From contig SMSO01000014.1 in assembly GCA_004764695.1 (NCBI GenBank), forward strand, positions 1,731,648 through 1,795,647: 64,000 bases of DNA, read 5' to 3'. The notes under the pieces are model-generated. The model searched no databases, was not told where the DNA came from, and saw only the letters and a list, made by a program, of their open reading frames with translations. The DNA comes from Schizochytrium sp. TIO01. Taxonomy: Eukaryota; Protista; Bigyra: Labyrinthulomycetes. The position numbers and the translations under genes are program-made. Below are positions 1 to 12,200 of this stretch, in pieces (positions within the stretch are counted from its first letter, which is position 1; each line of letters begins with the position of its first letter).

Positions 1-1643
1 CACTCATAACATGCACTCAGCGGTCTCTACATGTCCAGCACTCGCTTCGGCCTCCGTGTGCGGAGACTTCGTAGAGCCACAAAGCAACAACGAGCTGCTC
101 ATGAATGGATGTATGTATGTATGTATGTATGCGTGCCCATTTATATCAAATATCGAGAGACATGTATCAACCCACTCGCGAATACATCGTGAAAGAACTC
201 TTTTCTATAGCTAGTTAACCATAAAAACAAAGTATTTGAGGATTGCAAAATGTAATGCAGAGTAGAGAAAACCAGTTGAAGACTGTCTCATTAGAATCCA
301 CCCCAAGTAATACCTAGAACAGGAGACTGCAATTCCTCGCGTGGGTTAAGTCTTCTGATGAATAAATGCGGAGTACCTTTCGATTCTGCCATGCACGCTT
401 CAAAGCGGCGGCCTTTCGGGCTCCTCGGAGAAAAACGAGCAGTGAGAGGACCTGATAACTAATAAATGGTAATATAATCTGGATGCCACAATTTTACCAT
501 GTTTCCCTTTGCGATTAAGAGGTTAGTAAGAAAAGGAAAGAAGAAAAAAAGAGCAAAAGAACACTGACTGATATTCATCTTTCGTTGATTTCCAATGAAT
601 ACATACATCAATCGATCTATTTTCAACAGCCCTAGCTCTAGAACGGCAGAAGATTTCCACTGCAGTGCTTGCCAAAGCTGCTGCACTAAATCTTCCTTGG
701 CTACCCGCCAGGGCTGCTTCGAGGCACTGCTGACGGAGCGTTGAGTTCAATCTGTAACGAACGAATCAAGCCACCGTCGTGAATTGTAATTGTGATCCTG
801 CATGAACAGACGGAGAAAAGAAAGAAACACAGCCATCGTTGATAACAACAAACACAAAAACATACCGCTTTTATAACCACATTCAATTGGAGAAGACCGA
901 CCTCAGTTGAAAGTTTTTAGTTTTAAAAATAAATAATAATAATAATAATAATAATAAAAATTAAAATGATCTCCTGTCGAAAACGAGAAACTATCGACTC
1001 CAATCGTGCCTAGTTGCGACTACCGAACTGCTACCAGCTCTCTCTGCCTACCACACTAATCATCTCCAGCATCTCACCCATAATAACACCATAATTTTCT
1101 TTTCTGTAAGTGGAAAAGAAAGAAAGAAAGAAAAAAGAAAGAAAGAAAGAGAGACTCCTTCGTTTGCTCAGCTCAGCTCAGCTCGCTCGGCGCGGCACCT
1201 CGGCTCAGCGGCGGCTCGGGCCTCGTGACGGCAGCGGCGACGCTCTCTCTGTCTCTCTGTCTGTCTTTCTGAGGCCCTGGCAGGCGGCCTGAGGCCTTCG
1301 TCGTCTCCAGCGGCCTTCTGCAACACAGGCAGGCGAGCAGGCGAGCAGGCGAGCAGGCGAGAGGTCAAAGAACGCGGCGATGCTGCTACTCACTTTGGGT
1401 TAATTAAGTAAAAAGGCGAAGTGAACCAATCAATGAAGCATTAAGTATCAATAGATTTAAGTGGCGCGTTCTAATATTGCAGCGTGGCGTTCTCTTTTTC
1501 CTTTCTTTTTCTCTTTTCTTTTCGTTTCTCTTTTCTCAAAGGCAGGCACTGAAACGGCGTTCCGTTTAAGGCGTTCTCTGAACAGAACGATGCGCAAGCA
1601 GGCGAAGATGACGAAGGAAGGCTTCAATGGCAGCGCATTCATT

Positions 1644-1723
1644 TTCATTCATTCATTCATTCATTCATTCATTCATTCATTCATTCATTCATTCATTCAT
1701 TCATTCATTCATTCATTCATTCA
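1644..1723. repeat. (ATTC)n microsatellite
   Basis: About 20 tandem units. Confidence 0.97.
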
Positions 1724-2014
1724 CTCATTTGGTGACTTTGGGTTGAACTCGGTTGTTTCATCGGAGTCAGTCACGCTCGTCTGCGAGGAGCTAGCTAGCT
1801 AGCTAGCTGTAAATAACAAGGTCTGCCTGAGTCCGCTGAGCCGCGCGGTTCTCGTTCATGGACCCTGCGAAACCGGCGTACTCTGCTTGTTTCCTGCTTT
1901 TGCTAACTAGGGAGCTTGGGATTCGCTCAATCATCCATTCATTGATGTTAGTTAGTTCATTGGTTCATTGACTTCGCCAACTCAGCATATTACTACTCAG
2001 AGTTTGGATGGCTC

Positions 2015-2045
<31 letters not shown>

Positions 2046-2452
2046 GATTGACAGTGAGTGAGTGAGTCGAGAACTGAGCTGTTTAGTTACTAATGGTTAG
2101 GAAGAAGTTCTGCTGCATACGACTGATGCGCGAACAGTTTAGGTCAGTCAGTCAGTCAGTATGCAGAACCAGTCCACTCCAATCCACTCCAATCCCTTTG
2201 GAGGCTGCCGATGGATTGAAAGGAAAGACCATGTGGCGGAGGAGGAGTTGGAGGCTACTCGAGGTATGCGCTTGCGGCAGACACGAGAGCCTTTCTCTGG
2301 AGCGGAGCGAGAGGAGTCTGCGTTTGGCTTCTTCGACCTCAGATGTACATACAAAAGAAGGGAGGAATAAGATAGAATAAACTTCATTTTTTAGATACCG
2401 AAGTGAAAAGAAGTGAACTAACATCGATCGCGGAAGGCATCATTGTTCTCTC

Positions 2453-2499
2453 CACTCACTCACTCACTCACTCACTCACTCACTCACTCACTCACTCAC
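2453..2499. repeat. (CACT)n microsatellite
   Basis: Direct tandem repeat. Confidence 0.95.
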
Positions 2500-3850
2500 G
2501 CACTCGCATACTTGACAATTAGATTTATGAAAGAACTCTGTAGGTCATCAATGTGGCGGTTCTTCGGGTTCTTCTTTGTCATTTTATGATAGAAGAGCTG
2601 CGCGTGGCGTGAGGTAGCGAGCGCTTGGGACCTTTTGCTCGGTGGAGGGCCAACAAGTACGCTCTTGCTCTGCATGATCGATCTTGGCTCGGGCAGCTCT
2701 GCAGAGGTTGCTCACTCGTTTAGAGGTGTTGCGAAGTTGAACTTCTTCGAACGGGGCAGAGATTAGTCGGTGATGTTTTTTTTAAATTATTATTATTATT
2801 ATTAAATAACTCATATTAATGAATAATAGTAACAACAATAAATTGTTATAATACTATGAAAAAGCAAAATAGACAGCATCGAAGGATAAAAGTCGATCAC
2901 ATGAAAGCACAACAGTGTATTTTAGCTCGGTCATTGAGCAGAATGTCTGCCATGAGCTAATAATATATCTTAATGTACTTAATGTAACGTGAAGCACCAT
3001 TTCCGATGTGGAAAGTGGCGGCCATCATGCCAATGAATCGCACGGAGACAGAAATTGGCGCAGGCAGCAGAATTGGGAACGTTTTCTTTCTCCTGATCAT
3101 CTCATAAGTTTTATTTTATTGTTTTTCAACACATATCCCTTACGTGGATATATTATAATTATCTTGTTAAAAATAAGAGGAGTGCCACCATGGTATCATG
3201 AAAACCATGGTTTCATTGAATTAGGTACGTACTGTTCATCATTGATTGCGCGGCGAGTTCTTCGTGAACCAGTCTGTAGCTAGGCATCTGATGCCAGGCG
3301 AGGCCATCTTAGCAAACGTCCGCCGCGCGTCGCCTCCGGTCTTCTGCTTTGACTCCCTGCTGTCAGACACGAATATTTGCATTGCCACAGCGATCTCTGA
3401 AGACAGGTCGATACATGGATAGATTGACCATCAATCAAGAAATAAGGAGGACATAAAGAGATTTTCCACAGGAAAGAAACATATTCATCCATTCATTCGT
3501 TCATTTGAGGAAACAACCATTGAAGCATGGTCGTATAAACTAGAGACAACAGCAGCATCAAAAGCAGTACTCCTTCTTTTGAACTCCCTCCACAGAGGCG
3601 GGAATGGAGCAAAGCTTTCTGGCTCTGGTCCAACACGGTCTACTTTGATTGAAGAAGAAGAAGAAGAAGAAGAAGAAAAAGTCCGCGCCAGTCTACTTTA
3701 CAGAAAGAAGGAAACGGTGATAGTGGGTTACCCTGATTGATTTTCCCTTTTATCTTCCTTTATCTTCTTGTTCTTCTTCTTTCTCTGAAGAAAGCGAGAA
3801 ATGAAAGAGTCCATGCCAGAACAAAGAACAAACAGCCTCTTTCTTAAAAG

Positions 3851-3902
3851 TCTTTCTTTCTTTCTTTCTTTCTTTCTTCAAAGATGATTAGATTAATCAA
3901 TA

Positions 3903-3937
<35 letters not shown>
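3851..3937. repeat. (TTTC)n followed by (GAAA)n: inverted microsatellite pair
   Basis: Complementary tracts separated by roughly 25 nt. Confidence 0.9.
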
Positions 3938-4229
3938 CTCAGGAATTATGCCGCGACGCCACCGCACGGACCCACGCACGATGCAATACTGTTCGCAATT
4001 AACTGCTCTCGAGCCTGAGGGAACGTTGTCAGACAGCTCACGAGGCGTGAGACACGCCTGCATACAATCAAATCGATCTAGATCAAAGCAAAAGCAGAGA
4101 GAGGCTGCTCGGGGTGTGTCTTGCTGAGGAGGACACAATAGTGACCAACACCATGCCAAAGAGGCTGACCCCACCAGAACTGGTGTATGCGCTCAAAGTT
4201 CTCGAGCAAAGTACCTCAGTATGTAAGTA

Positions 4230-5700
4230 AGTGAAGTGATGAAACGAGAGCTCTTGAGGCCAAAGAAAGAAGAGGTAGCGAGCGTCAAAGGACTCACGTG
4301 GTACCATGGCACTCTGAGTGGGACTGCAATTTGTCCGCTGAGTTGCGTACAATTGGTCAAGTACCGGAAAACCTTCTTGCGGCGGAATGCTGCTGCTGGT
4401 TCTATAAAAGCAAGCATTGAGGAGGACTTTTGGGAAAGGACTTTTCATTCTATGAAAGATAAAGAAGCGACGACGTTTATTTTCTATTCAAAGAAAAAGA
4501 AATGACTGTTCGAACAAACTTTTTCTTTCTTCTTTCTTCTTTCTTCTTTTTTTCTTCCTATTGCGCTCCCTTCCTTCCTGCCGTGTTGACGCAATACAAA
4601 AGAGGCGAGAACTTGGGAATGATGGAATGGGTCCTCCTTGCAATTCAATTCAATCCAAGCCATCAACCAGCGCGTCCACGGTTTATCAACGAAGCCTCGA
4701 GTGCAGAGAAGAAGCGAGGCGAGCGATGCATCTGGGCACCGCCTTGGGGCGCCTAGACAGCCGGTCCAGGCTTGTATCTCATGGGCCATCATCAGCTATT
4801 ATGATGATCGGGTTTGTGTGTCAAACGTCGTGTGATTCCAACCTTGAGTTAGGCAGCAATGCAAATTTCACTCGCTCACAGTGTCGCAGCACAATGACAG
4901 GCATCGATCACATTATATCCAATCAGCAACGGGGTTGGACACTGCTCTGATCTGCTCGCCCGAGCCGTTCGTCAGATCACTGAATGCAGCAGTTTTGTTT
5001 CCATCGCACCCTCCAGCGCGATTTATGTTCTAGGTCGGGTGATGCATGCGCTTCAAGTCAAGAAAGTCTACGCAAAGGGTGATTTGCTGCCGCTGGAGAC
5101 TATGCTCATGGATGTGTCCAACGTCAAGGTAAGGTCGCTGATTACGCGAAGATATGTCTTGCAGATCAGGGCGGCTTCGAGAGGTGCACAGATCATGAAT
5201 CCACAAATGCACGACAAGGGCGCACGAGAGGCATGCATGGCATGGCGTGGCGTGGCGTGGCATTTGCTTTGCTTTGCTTTGCTTTGCTTTGCTTTGCTTT
5301 GCTTTGCTTTGCTTTGCTTTGCTTTGACTTCGTTCGACTGGGCGTGTGCCGCGGATTCTCGCAAGAGCACGTCTGATAGAACGCACTGACTTCGAGTTGA
5401 ACCTGCAGCTGGTCCAAGGAATCTCTGCGCAGCTGCCACGGCAAGAAATCGAGCACAGCGCAGAGTGGTTCGAGCTGGCCGCACCGCAGGAGCCAGCAGC
5501 CCGAAGGCCGAGTCAGTCTTCGCATCACTGCGAAAAACGTGCTGTCTAGCGAGAGCAACGAAGGTGTGCAGTCGATTCTTTCAAAGCCATGCATCATCGA
5601 TCGCACATTTTACGAAGGACTTGCTTGCATCGGCACGCGCCAGTTTACGAAGAACTTCGATGCCATAAACTGGGCTCGTGGACGTCTACCACGAGCAGGT
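4230..5700 (+). mobile_element. Possible degenerate KDZ (Kyakuja-Dileera-Zisupton) transposase remnant interrupted by microsatellites
   Basis: Across frameshifts the order ICPLSC, FLRRNAAAG, KDKEATTFI, RFIN..GER, IISYYD..CQ, MHA resembles KDZ motif order; multiple stops and frameshifts. Confidence 0.35.
5263..5326. repeat. (TTTGC)n microsatellite
   Basis: About 12 tandem pentamers, preceded by short (GCGTG)n. Confidence 0.95.
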
Positions 5701-5949
5701 TCGCGGCCTCCACGCGGTGCGGCTCGCGAGGGTCCTGACGGCTCGCCGCGGCTGGAGCTCGCCCGTGTGCGCCTGCCGAGGCGGTCGCTCGCTCGATCGT
5801 AGGATTGCTGGTTGGGTCCGGCTCGCGCGGGCGTGGGAGTAGCGCACGCCGTCATGACCATAATTGCTGGCGCGTGCAAAGACTTCGAGTACAGTCAGCG
5901 AGCAAGGCGTGGGTAGGCTACTTGATGCCGCCACAGGCCATGCACCTCG

Positions 5950-6640
5950 CCACCTGGTGCTCGTCTCGTGAAGCTCGAAGAAGCTCGAAGAAGCCCCAGC
6001 CTGCATGGATGCCGGCACATGAATAGATTGTTCGTCTTCGTTTTCGACGTTGCAAGCATCAATAGCGAGCCTCCATCTTTGCACTCCCTTAGTCCCAATT
6101 TTACTCATGAAAGATGTGGTCTTAGCATTAGAAGTAGACCGTTGCTAGGAATCCAGCGCTTTAGATGTTTGGGTTTCTTTCTCTGTGTTGTTCGCAATTC
6201 TGGGTGAAAGACACTCTGAGAAAGAAGGTCGTGTGATGACAAGTTTCTTCAGATAGATAAGAGAAAGAGGGATTTATAAGGGTGCAAGCTCACAGGCTTC
6301 CTTTGAGCGCGTAAGATCCACTCTATGGTGGCACGCTTTCAACTTAGGCACAACATACTTTGCAGAGTCAAGTACTGTTGTATCTTTTTATTGATTCATT
6401 GATTTATTTGTTCTTCATTTATTTTCAATTACCTTTTCAATTACTTTTAATTAATGCCAACAAGGATTTAAAAAAATAATGAAGTGTGCACATTTTTATT
6501 ATAGGTGTTGATCAATTATCAATTTTTTGAGCTCTCTGAGTTTTCTTTCAAACTTTGGAAGTTGCTCCAAGCAGTGCACACTTCGATCGACGCACAGTAC
6601 TTTAATCCGGGACCTGCGTTCATCCCTTTTTCGGGGCCAT
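5950..6640 (-). pseudogene. Decayed coding-like sequence of unknown family
   Basis: ATG at 6640 (MAPKKG*) followed by protein-like stretches in shifting frames (IKVLCVDRSVHCLEQLPKFERKLRELKKL; VLDSAKYVVPKLKAC; YLKKLVITRPSF) broken by stops and an AT-rich tract. Confidence 0.25.
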
Positions 6641-9600
6641 AAATATAATATAAGCAGGGAAATTTGAGTACCATGTGGTACCGCAGCGTGCTGGGGGTGC
6701 GCGGTGAGTTAAATGGGAACCCGCTAGCAAGGCGGACACAGGTGGAGGAGATGCGTTACGGCGGGCGGATGGTTGATGAGCGCAGAAACTCGTAGGGATC
6801 AGATAGAGGAAATCATAGGCAGAGGAAGGACCAGGCACCTGCTGTGGCGTGGGTTGAAGAAGTTGGGAGGTGCGGAAACGGCACGTAAACGGTGATGGCC
6901 CAGCTTCCGCCACAGTAATCGAAGTGAGACGCACTCGAATTGAAGTTGTCTAAAGCTGGCACGCGGTCAATTAAATGGTTGGAATTGTAACGATAGCATT
7001 CGAAGCGATTTGACCGAAATCAATTCAACAAGTCAATTTATGATCTTCCTTCTATTGAGGTTCAACTTGCTGTCCACTACTATATTCTCATTCTCGTTAT
7101 TATTATTTTTATTATTATTATTATTATTATTTTATTATTATTTTATTATTTTATTAAAGACTGTTTTTAACTTTATAAGATTGTTTTTATTTATGGATTT
7201 ATTATTTCTTGATGGAGAGAAGAAAAAGCTACTCAATGTATTTACTGCAGATTGGTGCTTTTTTCTTTTCTTTTCTTTTCGAAAGAAGAAGAAAACTTCG
7301 AAAATGAGAAGAAAAGCTTTTCGTTTTGAAATAAAAATAAAAGTTAATCGAAATCGAAAACATAAGTCGCTTGTAAGTCGTGCATTGCAAGATGTCTGAG
7401 CAGGTTTTCACCTTCAACGATAATCCTGCAAGGCCAGTGTAGATCTCATGATGCGCACTCAGGCTCGCGATCTCTTTGGCATCCCTCGTTCCAAAGAAAG
7501 GAACTTCTGCGCGCCCTTCACGAACGGAAGAGTATGAACGAACTCAGACCATCACGAGATCCTCCAGAACCATCCCGCGAGGCGCTTTGCTCCAGATGAC
7601 ATCGACCTTGGTGCTCGTGTTGCTGACGAAAGGCAGACGCAGGGTCGCGTACCTCGAAAAGCCCACGCGAAGCTACTCCGAGCCCGAGCCTGACCGCCTG
7701 CCTGCCTGCCCCGGAAAGGGCATCGACGCAAGCAGGCCTTTCTCTGTGAAGGACGACTTCTGTCGTGTAATGGATTCCGCGCATCCATTACAATCTTCGC
7801 AATCTCTTGAGAGCGGATAAATAAATGTAATACAGCGCCTAGATGCTTACGATTCTGCAAAAGCGCTGCGCAGTCTTACGGGCGTACCGCTCGTTTTGCC
7901 AATGCAGTCTCAGCAGGCTGGCCAGGCAGATGTTGGCGGGGCTGCCGTGGCCGCGCAGGGCAAGGAGTCCACTCTCGCGCCTGTTCTCAGGTGATGGGCC
8001 AAGCTTGCAAAATTGATTGTAATGGTACGAGACACAAGCTCCCGGCACAGCCAGCACCCCAGAATATTGACCGCCACACTTAAGCCTCGATTTGGCGTCG
8101 TCGCCAGCTGGGAAACGTAGATTTGGGAGAGCTCCACGAAGATGGCCTGGGAAGGTGGCGTGGATGGCCATGGCCGCCATGGTCCGGGAGCAAAACAAAG
8201 TTCTGCGAACCTGCTCATACTACGTCCAAAGTATGGGCCTTTTCTCTTTTCCTTTTTACACTGTTGGACCCACATTTTAATCAACTTATTTAAATAGCAG
8301 CGGCCGTGGAGATTGGTGGATCCCGTTGGGAATCATCGCTAAGCCGCCTAACTTATATGCACTCGATTTGGCGCTGCCATGAGCGCAATGGTCTTAACTA
8401 TAGAGTTGACGGTGGTCTTTATCCGCGCTGGATCCACATGCAACCCATTGTTCTTAGTAAAAAATTATATTTAATTAAAACAAAAACCTTAACAAAAAAA
8501 AAGATATATGAAAATCATCAGAAAAATCTTAAAAGTATAGCGGCCACTGTATAGTATTCACAAACCGGTTCACGTACAACTTTTAGCTACCATTCAATGA
8601 GGATGAAATATCAATTTCATCTCAAAAATATCAAACTTAGTTTTAAATGTTGTCTGAGACTAATTAATGCTCTCGGTCTTGTTTGTGATGATAATAATAT
8701 AATTCATGATGAATATGTAACATTGGTTTGCGTTATGACACCCTATGAAAATGATAACGTCACGAGAGAAATAATACTTACTAGTTTCAAGTGGATATTG
8801 TCAGTTCGTTTTCAGGAATACTTTCGTGATCTAAACTAGAAATGCTTAAATGACAATTTTGATACGTCATCGCGCATTTGAAAAACAAAAATAAAAACAT
8901 AAAAAAGGTAATCATATGCTAATTCGTACGATGTTGATCAGCTGTACTACTCGTAGGCCAGGGACCGCGTCAAGCATGGAATAGTCAGCACAGTTTCACT
9001 GAGTCTCTCTGACGTCTTGGAGAAGATTTTTCAAGTTGCCGAGATTCTGATAACTCGCTATAAATTGTTTACATACTAAAATTGTCTAGGTAAATCATGA
9101 TGGTCCAAATGCTTGTTTCTTCATAAAAGGTAATTTGCGCTGAGAGTCGTGTCCTGGCATCGCTTATCAAATGATTCTTAGTTTCAGTCAGTAGAATTAC
9201 AATACTACCTCCTAGTACAACAGCATAAACCATGACTCATTTTTATATTTCATCAATACATCTTTAGGGCAAGTAACCCTCTGGCAGAGGAGAGTAGGAA
9301 GTGAATTGGCGCTGAAGATAAACATTATCGCTAGCTTGCTCTTCTCGTACGAGCTCTAAGGTCTACCACTACATACTTGTCTTTGAGTCTCATCCATCTT
9401 CTGCTTGTATTTCTTTGCTTTAAAAGATTAAAAAGGTTCTAAAGTAATAATCTTACCTGTTTTGCAAATGAAGATCAAATCTGAGGTTTTCAATAGCAGC
9501 TTAGTCTCCGGCGAGAACCTTCGACAAAAGTGAGATGAAAACCCTCAATTGTATCATCTCAAGACAATGGGTACTGTTCTTGAGAAGTACCCTGGAGTCC

Positions 9601-11049
9601 AACCTGCATTGAAGGATGAAGTTGAACTTACCTAGTTTTGTTCAAAAAATTTACGGTCTAGCGTAGTATGGCATTGCTCCGAACCCGCGAGGGTGCTGTT
9701 CCGAACCTTTTAGGAGGTTTCTTTCTTCCTCTAAAGAAACCAGAAGAAAACATAAATGTAGAACTTCAAGGAATCTTGAACCCTCGCGCCGGCGAAAGCA
9801 GGCGCCATCAACGACGATCCCAGATCCTCTAGTGCTTCCGTAAGCCCAGAGACATATAATTTGCGACGACTTCGGGAGGCAAACAACACGTTTGACTACA
9901 ACCTGATTAGTAGGTGAATCAAAACACCCAGAAAGCTTCCCTTGGTCTTTGCCTGCGATGGTGGCATTCCGAGAGCGAAGAAATCCCTGACACTTATCGC
10001 GGAAAGAGCGAATGAAACACCAGCGTTATTTATTTCCCTTGGGGGTTAATTAATTTTGGGGTGAGGCTAAATAAAGGCAGAACTCTGCCGAGGAGGCCAA
10101 GCGAAGGCACTTAAGTTTCCCCACTCGCGAATTTTCTTTTGCGACCGTGCCTCCAGCACATTCGTCGAAGCTCGTCCCAGACCGCCCGCGCCTGGTGCTT
10201 AGCAAACCCAAGCAACAACTAGCTCAGAAGGATTGTTTGTTTGATACAGCAGCCGGGAAATCAATCCCGCGAGGCGACCAGACTGCAGGAGCCGAGGAGG
10301 CAGGGAGCATACGCCAACAGAAGAGCTGCCTGGATGGTCAGCTATGCATGGGTCACGAATTACATATGGCCGACCATTGGAATAAGGATGGCTAGGAGAG
10401 GAAACTTCGCCATCTGCGCACAACTCCACTCGCTCACTCAAAAGGGCACGAACCACAGCGTTTCACTAAACTTTTGGCGATTGAATATCTTGCTTTGCAG
10501 TCGTGCCGCGCAATCTGTTCTTGGGATGGCCAAACTTGAGAAAACTAAACTAAAAACGAGTTGTTTCATTTTTAACAAACATGAGGGTTCAGCTAATCAT
10601 ATTGATCATTTCAATTGTAAGTTGTAATTGTTTTTATTCAGAATTTCATTTTTATTCAGAATTATTCTTACCTTTGTTGTAAAAACAAAAAACAATAAAA
10701 CAATAAACATATATACATTAAAATATTCATATTAAAAAAATGGGAGCAGTGCTTCTTCTTTCTTTTTGGTCCTCTTCACCTAACAGTAATAAATACAACT
10801 TTACTTCCGCAAAGGAGAGCTCGCCTCGGGAGGCCTCGTCGCTGGAATGCTTCTCCAACGCCGTCCGTGTTTTGCGGAGGAGATGAACGAGCGAGTTCTG
10901 AGCGAGACTAAGATCTTGTTTTCTTTGACTCTTTCTTTGACTCTTTCTTTTTTCCCTCAGGTTGTTCCTGCATTACCTTTTTTCGTTTTGCGATTTGTAA
11001 AAACAGTCGATAAGCGCGGCAATAAGCAAGCAGTAGGCCGACCTTAGCA

Positions 11050-12200
11050 GAACGTAGCAATGAAGCCTCCGCCAGTTTCCAAGTGACTTGGAAAGCGCGA
11101 AGGCTCAGCGACCACAGAAGAACTGCCGCAGCTCATTCATGTGGCGCAAGCTCGGGCTGATTGCATTTCTGGAAACTGGCGAGAAGGCGATGATGTCGGC
11201 GAGCAGCGCGATCTCTCCAAGATTGGCAGAGCTCCTCTCTCCGGCTGAAGAAGCTGCGAGGTCTCAGCGATAGATGTGCCTGCCAATGATTAAGCGGGTG
11301 GTGACGGCCAAGTTGAGAACTCGCGGTTCGTTGAGGATCGCAGTCTGTCTTCGTGGAGTGCGTTTTGTTTGGCCTCGAGGGCGAAGCAATGGACCAAAGA
11401 CGTATAGACAGACGGCCAGGATGACTGACCTTTAGATGGTTTGGGAGAGCCCCAACAAAGACGATGGCTCCCGCGTAAAGCAATCGCTCGCTGCCTTAGA
11501 AGAAGAAGCCTTTGGCTGGTCTGTGAAATACGAAGCAAGATCGTGGCAAAAGGCCGTTCGGCAGAAGTGACTGACCGTGATGAAGCGACGTTAAAGTAGG
11601 GTCATGACCATGCTGAGCAGAAAGGCAACGAGGAATGCCAATCGATCAGGCTGTGAATCCATAAGTTCATTCGCCTGCAGGCTCTCGAGAGCTGGCGATG
11701 ATGCTGATGCTCGACACGGGCAATGTGCGGAATTGGATATTGACTAGCTTGATGCCTGCCATGGAAATTTAATTACGAAGGGAAGACAATGCCGGCAGTG
11801 AAGTTGAGAAACACGCAACGAATTGCTCAGCGATGTTCGACTTTGCTACGATTGCGTTTGATGAGGAATAGCGTGTGCCTCGCTGTAGCTACTGAGAATC
11901 GTGGATGCTCTTGCTGTAGTGTAGTTCGATGCACTTGCTGAGATCAATCAGTGATGCTAAACGAGTGCGAAGCTTCACGCTCGCCATGAGCTGCCTGCGA
12001 TCGACAGGTTTACGAAGAGATCACAATCGAACCCACATTCGCCGCCAGCCACCTCGCTTTGCAAGAAGACTAAGACCAAACTCCAACTTTGCAGCAAGCT
12101 TAACCAAAGACGGCCCTTCATGTCAACGCGAACCTCACCACAAGTGAGTGGAAAGCGAAGAAGCTGCGCGGTAAAACGAAGTCTGCCGGGAACGCAAATA
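11050..12200 (-). pseudogene. Decayed coding-like sequence, possibly a membrane protein
   Basis: Hydrophobic fragments in different frames (AFLVAFLLSMVMTLL, VILAVCLYVFGPLL, GEIALLADIIAF) separated by stops and frameshifts. Confidence 0.2.

Noticed and set aside
1461-1802. ORF with IHSF repeats (similarly AKQSK at ~5.3 kb and KEKKR at ~57.7 and ~60.7 kb)
   Set aside because: Translations of microsatellites, not genes.
9655-9710. Vaguely tRNA-like stretch
   Set aside because: No cloverleaf, acceptor stem or proper T-loop could be built.
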